Origin: Candidatus Latescibacterota bacterium
GTDB taxonomy: Bacteria > Latescibacterota > UBA2968 > UBA8231
DNA length: 64,000 nt
Assembly: GCA_965242865.1 (NCBI GenBank)
Contig: CBDETK010000013.1
Coordinates: 2,208,001 to 2,272,000 of the forward strand
Direction of reading: 5' to 3'
The position numbers were made by a program, and so were the translations under genes. Under the pieces are notes generated by a model. It had not been told where the DNA came from and did no database searches. It was given only the letters and a program-made list of their open reading frames with translations. Positions 1-8,500 of this stretch are shown piece by piece. Numbering within the stretch: position 1 is the stretch's first letter; every line of letters starts with the position of its first letter.

Positions 1-1
1 A

Positions 2-631
2 GTGTACGGGATCGGCGGCGGATTTTCCGAAACATCCCCTACCATGCCGATTTCGCCATACGGGGTGTCCAAACTAAACAACGAAAACATGAACACCTGT
101 TACAGTCACCTATACGGATTCCCGATCACCAGCCTCCGGTTATTCACGGTATACGGCACTTATGGTAGGAACAACATGGCGATCTGGAAATTTACCAAAA
201 ACATCGCTCTTGGCCGGCCGATCACCCTATTCAATAACGGGCTGAACAAAAGAGACTTCACCTATGTCAGCGACGTCGTGGATGCCATACTACGGGCCAT
301 GTTCGACGAGAAATCGACCGGGCACAACGTTTACAATGTCGGCACGGGAACCAGCATTTCGGTATTAGAGGTCGTGCGTATTATTGAAAATATACTCGGC
401 AAAACTGCGACGATAGAGACTACACCAGCACAGCCCGGGGACATCGCGGCAGCTTGTGCGGATATCACAAAGATCAAACGGGATTTGGGCTATGCCCCAA
501 CGATCAATTTCACCAACGGCTTGCGGATGTTTTCCGACTGGTTGATTGACAAATCTCAACGCCCACTTACCCCTCGCCGCGCCCGCCATACAAATCCCGC
601 ACTCGGCTCACCACCACGGCCAACAGAATGA
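2..631 (+). CDS. NAD-dependent epimerase/dehydratase (UDP-glucuronate 4-epimerase-like), 5'-truncated by the window edge
   Basis: SDR catalytic YxxxK (SPYGVSK), LRLFTVYG, RDFTYVSD, YNVGTG and PGD motifs of extended SDRs. Confidence 0.85.
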   Translation: MYGIGGGFSETSPTMPISPYGVSKLNNENMNTCYSHLYGFPITSLRLFTVYGTYGRNNMAIWKFTKNIALGRPITLFNNGLNKRDFTYVSDVVDAILRAMFDEKSTGHNVYNVGTGTSISVLEVVRIIENILGKTATIETTPAQPGDIAAACADITKIKRDLGYAPTINFTNGLRMFSDWLIDKSQRPLTPRRARHTNPALGSPPRPTE

Positions 632-1526
632 TCGACCCCAAAAACGCCTGTTCGTAATAGACATTGGCTTCCAGCATCACCAAGCCGTTCTTGATGAGGA
701 CGATGATGACCGCCCCCAGCAGCAGGCCCAGCGCTGAGATGCGCCCGCCCGACAGGCCGGTTCCGCCGACAATGGCCACCGCAAAGCTGGTTATCAGCCA
801 GTCCTTGCCCGTCGCCGGTTGCGCCGAACCCATCCGCGACACCCACAACACCGCGGCCAGCGCACCCACTCCGCCCGACAGCACGTGCGACCACAGGACC
901 AGCCGCTCGGTGTGGATCCCGGCCAGCCTAGCCGCTTCCCGATTGCCCCCGGTTGCCAACAGCCGCCGGCCAAAGACCGTGTGCCGGAATGCGTAGTGCG
1001 TCGCCAGCAGCACCAACCCCATCGTCCAGAACAAATTCGACAGCCCCAAAAACCTCTGCCGTCCCACAAACGTGAACGCCCGCGGGATGTCCGTGTAGGC
1101 GTAGCCTTCGGAAAACCCATGCACGAGGCCGGTAAAGACAAAAAGCGTCGCCAGCGTGGCGATAAAGGAATTGATCTGCAGCCGCGTGATGATGATCCCG
1201 TTGACCCACCCGGCCGCGCTGCCGATTCCCAACGCCACCAGCGCTGCGAACCACCCGGGCAACCCCAACACCTGAATGCAGTACCCGGTGGCGATGGTGG
1301 CCAAGCCGCCGATGGCCCCGACGGATAGGTTCATCCCCCCGCCGACCAGCACCACGGCCTGCGCCAACGCCACCAACGCGGAGAACGCGACGATCCGCGA
1401 GATATTGAAGAGGTTGTACGCGGACAGAAAGCTCTCCGAGCTGAGCGCACAGCCCACAAACAGCAACCCGGCCGACAAGGCGATTCCCGCGTCGTTGTGC
1501 CGCATGAGTCGGCGTAGGCGTTTCAT
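567..1526 (-). CDS. Monosaccharide ABC transporter permease (RbsC family)
   Basis: Hydrophobic 319 aa; GGMNLSVG, GRRLLATGGNREAARLAGI (EAA loop) and AVAIVGGTGLSGGRIS motifs. Confidence 0.9.
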   Translation of the reverse strand: MKRLRRLMRHNDAGIALSAGLLFVGCALSSESFLSAYNLFNISRIVAFSALVALAQAVVLVGGGMNLSVGAIGGLATIATGYCIQVLGLPGWFAALVALGIGSAAGWVNGIIITRLQINSFIATLATLFVFTGLVHGFSEGYAYTDIPRAFTFVGRQRFLGLSNLFWTMGLVLLATHYAFRHTVFGRRLLATGGNREAARLAGIHTERLVLWSHVLSGGVGALAAVLWVSRMGSAQPATGKDWLITSFAVAIVGGTGLSGGRISALGLLLGAVIIVLIKNGLVMLEANVYYEQAFLGSIILLAVVVSRVRDLYGGRGEG

Positions 1527-1538
1527 CGTCGCAGCGAT

Positions 1539-2726
1539 CTACTCCTCGCGTCGCCGGCGTTGGGATTCCATCCAGAAGTACAGCGCGTGCAGAAGGTTGG
1601 GGAAGCGGTAGCCCCCGCTGACTTCGGGATCTTTTTCCAACGCTCCCAATTTTGTCATGCGGCGGAGAAAACTGTCCAAGCCCTTTTTCTCCTCAGCCGT
1701 CAGGAGTTTTTGCAGCTCCGCCCGCCGGAAGTGGGTTCTAGGCTCATCCGCCATTTTGCGGAGGATCGAGTGGTATCTCTCGCTGCGGATGGCACTAAAT
1801 ATCTGCGGGGTCAGCAGTTTCCGCCCGATGACTTCAGCGGCTGTGGAAATACCTTCCCATACCTCGTTCTTCTCGATGGTCGGGCCCCGAGCGGTCCGCC
1901 AAACCGCGTCCCCAATTTCGTGCGCCAAGACCGGCAAGCCGCCGGTAAACTGGGCCAGCCCCTTCAGCGACTCTTCGGATATCTTCGCCCCGCCAGCGTC
2001 AAACGATTGTCGGTAGAATTGCGAGACCTCGTCATCCGACCAAGGAGCGATGTCGATCAACTCGAAGACGCGAGCCAGCGACGGTTGCTTCCCCGCCAGT
2101 TCCCGCCGCCTCTCCTCAAGCCCTACCACGACAATGCAGAGGCGAATTTCCTCTCGAGCAGTCGCGATCGCATCTACGGTGCTCTTGAGCCAGTTGGCGA
2201 AACTCTCCGAGTTGGCCAGTCCATTGATGTCGTCGAGGATCAGAAAGAGCGACTTCTTGTGCTCCTTGATGCTCTCCAATAGCTGCCTCACCGATGGCAC
2301 AAAGTCGCGTTCCATGGCGGACAGGTCCTGCTCCGCGAGATTCAACTCAAGCGTTACGCCAAAGAGCCCCACCTTGCTGACGCGATTGCCGAATAGGTTT
2401 ATGAGTTGTTGATGCCAAGACTTGTCGATGCTCTCTTTCAGGATGCGGTCAAAGGTCCGGCGCAGCATCTCCCGGAGCTCCTGAACGCCTCCGAGGAAGA
2501 CGTGACACCCGGCCACGTCGTGGTCGCTTTCGACCAAGTGGCGAACAAAAGCAACGAGGGAGCTTTTGCCGATACCCCGCTCGCCGCTGACAAAGCCGAT
2601 CTTGAAGCGGCCTTGCGCACTGGCGTTGACCATGCCGCGCAGCCGCTCTATTTCGGGGCGGCGTCCGACAAAGAACTCAATCGGCACGGGTTGTCCGGGT
2701 CTGAACGGACTAGATTCAGGAGTCAT
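1539..2726 (-). CDS. P-loop ATPase (STAND/AAA_16-like) with C-terminal winged helix
   Basis: SPFRPG...FVGR, Walker A GERGIGKS, Walker B LILDD, TGGLP; start placed at ATG 2726 after an AAGGA RBS. Confidence 0.8.
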   Translation of the reverse strand: MTPESSPFRPGQPVPIEFFVGRRPEIERLRGMVNASAQGRFKIGFVSGERGIGKSSLVAFVRHLVESDHDVAGCHVFLGGVQELREMLRRTFDRILKESIDKSWHQQLINLFGNRVSKVGLFGVTLELNLAEQDLSAMERDFVPSVRQLLESIKEHKKSLFLILDDINGLANSESFANWLKSTVDAIATAREEIRLCIVVVGLEERRRELAGKQPSLARVFELIDIAPWSDDEVSQFYRQSFDAGGAKISEESLKGLAQFTGGLPVLAHEIGDAVWRTARGPTIEKNEVWEGISTAAEVIGRKLLTPQIFSAIRSERYHSILRKMADEPRTHFRRAELQKLLTAEEKKGLDSFLRRMTKLGALEKDPEVSGGYRFPNLLHALYFWMESQRRRREE

Positions 2727-2775
2727 GTTACTTTTTCCTTTTTGGTGATTAGGCGGCACTAGCCGCCAGCCATCG

Positions 2776-4284
2776 TCAGTTTAGGTGGCGGCCGATGCGG
2801 CGGCTTATCGCGTCGTAGCTCAACCCCCGCTCGTGGATCTCGGCGACCTCGTGGACGATCTGCTTTTCCTTAAAGACGAGTATCCGCCCGGCCAAGCCGA
2901 TGAGCTCGGGCATGTCCGACGAGATCAAAACGATGGCCTTGCCTTCTTGGGCCGCCAAGTCCCAGAGCAAGCGGTGAATCTGGGCCTTGGCTTGGATATC
3001 CACCCCAACGGTCGGCTCATCGACGATTAGGATGTCGCAGCCGGCCGCCAGCCACTTGCCCAAGCTGACCTTTTGCTGATTGCCGCCGCTGAGGTGGCTG
3101 ACCGCCTGGTCCAAGCCGGGCGTGCGAATATCCAGCGCGGCGACCATGGCCTGCGCGGCTTGTGCCTCGGCTCGGTCGTCGATCCGGCGGGTGAACGTGC
3201 CGACGATCCGCTCCCATATCGTAAGGCCGAGATTGGTCCGAACGGCTGCGTCCAGCAGCAGGCCCTCTTCTTTGCGGTTTTCGGTTACGTAGGCCATCCT
3301 GTATTTGTACAGGCTGTCGGCCACTGAGCGGATCCGCGCTTTGACGCCGTGGATATAGACGGCCCCCCGCTCGGCCGGCTCGGCCCCGACCAGCAGCCGC
3401 GCCAGCTCGGTGCGCCCGGCCCCCACCAAGCCGTACCAGCCCAAAATCTCGCCGGCGTAGAGCGAAAAACTCGCGTCGTGCGCCCGGCCCCGCGCGTACA
3501 GCCCTTCGGCCCGGAGCACCTCCCGCGCCCGGTCCACCACGGGCCGACCAAACGACGCGGTCGCGGCCGACCGACCGATCATCATCTCGATCAACTCGGC
3601 GCGCGGCAGCCCGGCCAGTGCCCTCGTACCCACGTGGCGGCCGTCCCGCAACACGCTGACTTGGTCGCCGATTTGATAGACCTCGTCGAACTTGTGCGAG
3701 ACAAAGACGATGGCTACCCCCGCCTCCTGTAGCTGGCGCAAGATGCCAAAGAGCCGGGCCGCTTCGTGCTCGGTAAGCGACGACGTGGGCTCGTCTAAGA
3801 GCAGGACGCGCGCTTGGGCCGACAGCACCCGCGCAATCTGCACGAGTTGCTTGTGCGCCGCGCTCAAACCGCCAATCGGAGCGTGCGGGTCGAGGTCGAG
3901 GCCGACCCGGGCCATTGCCGCCCGCGCTTGGTCGTCGAGGCGCGGCCAGTCGAGGCGGCCCCATCGGCTGAAGGCGTCTAACTTGTCGAGCATGATGTTC
4001 TCGGCCACGCTGGCCTCGGGCACGACCGCGATCTCTTGGGGGACGAGGCCAATGCCGCGGTCGAGGCAGTTGCGACGGTTGCGGACGCGCAGCCGTGCAC
4101 CGCCCAAGCGCAGCTGCCCGGCGTCGGGCTGGTATATCCCGGTGACAATTTTGAGTAGGGTGCTCTTGCCCGCGCCGTTTTCGCCGACCAAGGCGTGAAT
4201 TTGGCCCGCCTGAAACGAGAGCGACACGTCGTCGAGTGCTTGGACGCCGGGGAAGTGCTTGCTGATGGATTGGAGTTGTAACAC
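2776..4284 (-). CDS. Monosaccharide ABC transporter ATP-binding protein (RbsA family, two NBDs)
   Basis: GENGAGKS, LLLDEPT, LSGGNQQK, VDEPTVGVD. Confidence 0.93.
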   Translation of the reverse strand: MLQLQSISKHFPGVQALDDVSLSFQAGQIHALVGENGAGKSTLLKIVTGIYQPDAGQLRLGGARLRVRNRRNCLDRGIGLVPQEIAVVPEASVAENIMLDKLDAFSRWGRLDWPRLDDQARAAMARVGLDLDPHAPIGGLSAAHKQLVQIARVLSAQARVLLLDEPTSSLTEHEAARLFGILRQLQEAGVAIVFVSHKFDEVYQIGDQVSVLRDGRHVGTRALAGLPRAELIEMMIGRSAATASFGRPVVDRAREVLRAEGLYARGRAHDASFSLYAGEILGWYGLVGAGRTELARLLVGAEPAERGAVYIHGVKARIRSVADSLYKYRMAYVTENRKEEGLLLDAAVRTNLGLTIWERIVGTFTRRIDDRAEAQAAQAMVAALDIRTPGLDQAVSHLSGGNQQKVSLGKWLAAGCDILIVDEPTVGVDIQAKAQIHRLLWDLAAQEGKAIVLISSDMPELIGLAGRILVFKEKQIVHEVAEIHERGLSYDAISRRIGRHLN

Positions 4285-4300
4285 GACGATTCAGCCCGCG

Positions 4301-5596
4301 TCAACAAGCGGTCATTAGGCCCGCCTGATACCCGCGCCGTACTTCTCGGCAGAACCTTTCGTAGTCGTTTAGGGCTATGGGCCGGTAATGGGCTAAATCG
4401 TTGCGGATCTGCCGCGACCAACGCGCTAGACGGATCCACCGCCGTTCCCGCTCGAGCTTCGGACAGTACCGCAGCAGTGCTTCGAGATGCCCCCACTGAC
4501 AGGCAAAGGGCGTATCTCGCACGGCCTGCTGTTCGGCGTCGAGCTCTGGTTCTTCCCACCGATAGGGCCAATCCGGGCCATACCGCTGGTTGAGGTGGGC
4601 ACACAACGCCAAGCGCGCTTCGTCGATTTGGGGCAGTAGCAGCCCAGCCTGACCGCGCCATAAGCGGTGGTCTAAGGCTTCTTGGCGGTCGAGTTGGGCC
4701 AAGACCGCGCTGTGGCGTTCTAGACCGCGTTCTAGCGTCCAATGCACCATTCCCCGGGCCCAGCTTTGATACAAAGGAGCGGGCAAGGGCCAGCCCTCTG
4801 GCCGCGTCCCTTCTCGGGGAAAACCTTCCATCGACGACGCTTCCAACTCGGCCTTGGTCCAGCCGCGTTCCTCGGCAAAGACCCGCAGCACGTCCGTCAA
4901 CTCGGCACCCGTGCTATACTCTTGAACCCACAAGTAATCGCCCAAGCATAGATCCGATCCGGCAAGGGCTGGAATCACAGACTCTTTCCAGCGGCTCAGG
5001 GGCGTGGAATCCTGCGCCGCGGCCAGTTGACACAACAGCCGCATTTCCAAGGTCGTGGGGATGCCCCACCAGACGTGGACCGCCAACAACACATTGGTCG
5101 AAGGCGGCGGAGGCGGCACCTTTGACGCTTGGGCGAGCAGACACAGGGCCGGCAGGATTTTGCCGCCCTCTTCGTCGGTCGAGTGCCGGCCTTGGCACAC
5201 TTCAGCCCACTGCACCATAAACCGCAGCCAACGCCTTCGGTCCTCTTCAGCCAATTCGTCAAACCCATCGAGCAACAGGATTTCGGGCAGGTCCGCTTGG
5301 CTGAGGAGATTCGCTAGGGTGCGCGGCGCGGTGGAAGTGCCCCAGTCTATGCCCAGCGTGTGGGCCAACGCGGCCGCGGGCATTTGCGCGTCTAATTGGG
5401 GGACGAACACCTCGTGGAGGTGCAAATCCCAGCGTTCCAAACCATTCAATACATCCAACCGCAGCGGATTGGAATCCACGCCTTCGGGCAGCAAGCCCAA
5501 TACACTGCGCCCCGCCCGCAAGTCGTCCAACATCCGACCGAGCAACTGCCGCACCGTGGGCATCTGAATGAGGGAGGTCGCCAGTCCCAAGCTCAT
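4301..5596 (-). CDS. Hypothetical protein: degenerate P-loop-like N-terminus plus C-terminal HEPN-like domain
   Basis: True start is probably ATG 5596 (ATGA overlap with the upstream stop), giving 431 aa; Walker-B-like ILLLDGFDE; Rx4H motif RNDLAH at 4388-4405. Domain calls are inference. Confidence 0.65.
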   Translation of the reverse strand: MSLGLATSLIQMPTVRQLLGRMLDDLRAGRSVLGLLPEGVDSNPLRLDVLNGLERWDLHLHEVFVPQLDAQMPAAALAHTLGIDWGTSTAPRTLANLLSQADLPEILLLDGFDELAEEDRRRWLRFMVQWAEVCQGRHSTDEEGGKILPALCLLAQASKVPPPPPSTNVLLAVHVWWGIPTTLEMRLLCQLAAAQDSTPLSRWKESVIPALAGSDLCLGDYLWVQEYSTGAELTDVLRVFAEERGWTKAELEASSMEGFPREGTRPEGWPLPAPLYQSWARGMVHWTLERGLERHSAVLAQLDRQEALDHRLWRGQAGLLLPQIDEARLALCAHLNQRYGPDWPYRWEEPELDAEQQAVRDTPFACQWGHLEALLRYCPKLERERRWIRLARWSRQIRNDLAHYRPIALNDYERFCREVRRGYQAGLMTAC

Positions 5597-8500
5597 GGCG
5601 TGCCAACCACCCGCCCCAAAACGGCCTCGACTTGGTACGCCCCGTCCCTTTTTTCGAGGCATCCGAGGCGGTACAAAAGCTCCACAGCCGCTTGGCAGTC
5701 CTCCAGCGAGAGCGGCCCTTTGACGAAATCTACCAGATCCGCTAAGTCCTCTTCTGATACCTTGGATTTGTACTCCACTAGCGTCTGTAGGACCCGGAAC
5801 GGCTCCACTGGGGTAGAGAAGCCGAGCTGCTGTACCAGCTTGGAACCTAACGCGGACCCCGGCAGCTCCATCTTCGCGCAATCCCTCGGGTCGTTGAGGT
5901 TGCCGCACCGGCGCAACAGCTCGTCGAGCAATGAAGACCATCCCCCGGTCGCTTGCAGGACCGCCGCGCAACACTCGGGCAAATCGAGCTTCCCGGCTTG
6001 GTCCAGCCGCTGCCGAATTCCTTCTGCATCCCAGCGCCGCAAAAAAATCAGGTTTGCTTGGTCTTCCAAGGCAGTGCGTTTAGGGGACTTCAGCCAAGCC
6101 CAAGAAGCGGCCGGATCAAACATAAAGACCACCTGTCGAGGCCGTTGACGTTTTTTGTTGCGGCTGTTGTGGCTACTCAGGACATCCCAAACAAATTGGG
6201 CCATATTGCCCCCAGTGCCTCGGATCGGGCGATAGAACAACGATTGCTGCTTGTGGGTGTGCGAATCCAACCACTCGACGGTCTGATTCGGCCATTCAAT
6301 GCCCCCCACGCGCTTTAAGGCTTGTATTAAGACATCCAACCCTAGGGCGGCGGAGCCAAAAATTAGGCTCACCCCCGATTGTTCGGGTTGCAGCAACCGG
6401 CCTTCCTGCACCAGCGTCAAGGGGCTGTACAGGAGCTTTGAGGCATCTAATAGTCTATGCTGACTTTCGGGTATCGATGGGCGCGGCGGATGAATATCGA
6501 GCTCCAGCAGGCGATTTTCGATGTCCTCTTCAGTGCCCATCAGACGAACCAAGTTGGGACTACGCAGCGAGTACTTGTTTTCTACGTTGCACAGCAGGAT
6601 GCCTAACCCGACCATTTCGCCGAGCAACCCCCGCAAGGCTTCGAGGTCGAGGTCGTTGAAGCCTTGCGGGGACCACTCCCGGGCCAATTTTTGCAGCTCG
6701 GCCACGCTGAACGACCGAGCATAGCTGTCCGGGGTCTCCTTTTGTTCGTGAATCATGGCCCAAGCAATGCACTGATAGCGGGAATCGAGCGCGAGCGTCC
6801 AATCGAGCCGCTCGCGGATGACCGCCCGCGTTTGCGGCAGGCGATATACCGCATCTACATCGTCGAGTTGCACCTTGTAGGGAGGGCTTGCCGAGCGTCT
6901 TTGGGTTTGGAGGCGATGGAGCAGTTCGCGGCAAAAATACTGGATCAAACCCGGATGGTAGTTGGTGTACGACAGGACCTTGAGCACCGTGGTTTCATCG
7001 GCGAAGCGATAGCCCAGCGTCTTCAGGGGCTCGCGCACCAACTCCCGCGCCGGACGAGCTTCGAGGGGACCGACCAATAGGTTTTGGCCGAAATGGGCGA
7101 GGGGCTGATTGGCGATGTTCTTGAACCGCTGGACATCGTGCAGCCCGGCAAACACCACCCTGAAGCGCGACCCGGTGTCTTGGATCAAGGTTCGCAAGCG
7201 GTCCACTTCGGGGAAGCCCCTTTTGGCATCGGCGTCGAGAAAGCGATCGGCTTCGTCAAACAGGACCAGAACCTGCCGTTGCGGCGCTTCCGCCAGCGAC
7301 CGCTCGATGCGTTTGATGATGTTGTCGGGCTGGTTGGCCGTTACGCTGCCTTTTATGAGCTGGTGTTTCTTAAAGCCCTCGCGCAACTTGATCCACAAAG
7401 AAGCGGGCTGTTCGCCGGCAAGGGGGTCGTCGCCCACGAGCTTGATGTCCTCGACCCACGCGAATTGATCGCGGTCGGGCTGGTGAAACTCGCGCTCTAC
7501 TTGGCGCAGCAAGGCGGATTTGCCCAACTGACGCCCCCCGAATACGATAGAGCCTTCCGCGTCTTGCAACTGGCGGACCATGTCGCCGCGGCCATAAAAC
7601 ATCTCGGGCGGGACATTGCCCGCTTGGAACGGCGTGTAGGGATTGAGGGCCGCGTAGGGCAGGCTACAGCGCAGGAAGGCGGGAAGGCGCGTGTCGTCGA
7701 AGCGGGTCAAAAACGCGAGCAGGACTTCGTCGAGCACGACCAACGCTAGGCCGCGTTCGCGCGCCCGCCGCGCTAAGGAGTGCCGGCGATGCGCGGTCAA
7801 GCGCCCTAAGAAGAAAATCAGGACCGTCTTGGCGTCTAGCCCCAACTCGCGCAGGAAAGCGCCGATGGTGTCGGCGCCGGGCCGCTCCCACAGACACACC
7901 ACGTTATACCGGCCATGCGCTTGCGAGCCCAGCTGCGGAATGGGTCGGGCCAAGTCGCTGGCCGAGGCTTCTACTGTGCAATAGAGCCCGTCTTGGCCGT
8001 GCTTTTCGACCCGCACCGCCGCCTCTTCCCGCGATACGTGGAACCCCAAGAACTCCAACAAGACTCGGATGGGCCGATGGATTTTTTTCGGGTCTCCCGG
8101 TTGGCGCTTGAGCCGGTGCCAAACGCGCAGGGCGGCGACGGCCTCGCTCCGCCGCACTTGCGGCAATTCGCCAAACTTCACGCCGGCCCAAGTTTGGCCT
8201 TGCTCGATCCATTCGGACAGTTGATCGACGTTCTTGTCGCGCAGCCCGGATTCGATGCCGCGACAAGCGTCTTGAAACTCCTCAAAGACATCGCGCTTGT
8301 CGGTCGGGGTAAACCACTCGCTCTTCCATTCGCTTTCGCCTTGAGCAACGCCCCGCAAGAGGGCCAAACTCTCTTCCACGACCCGGGTATCGCACTGCCG
8401 GATCGCCCGCCGAATAAACGCGTCGGTAGCTTCGAGGCGCTCGGGTTGGATGCGCTGGGCTAGACTGCGCCGCATTTTTCGCCATTGAGCCGCTAACTCT

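Noticed and set aside
5597-5974. N-terminal extension of the 557-aa ORF
   Set aside because: Overlaps the STAND gene; the ATGA-coupled ATG at 5596 is the more plausible start
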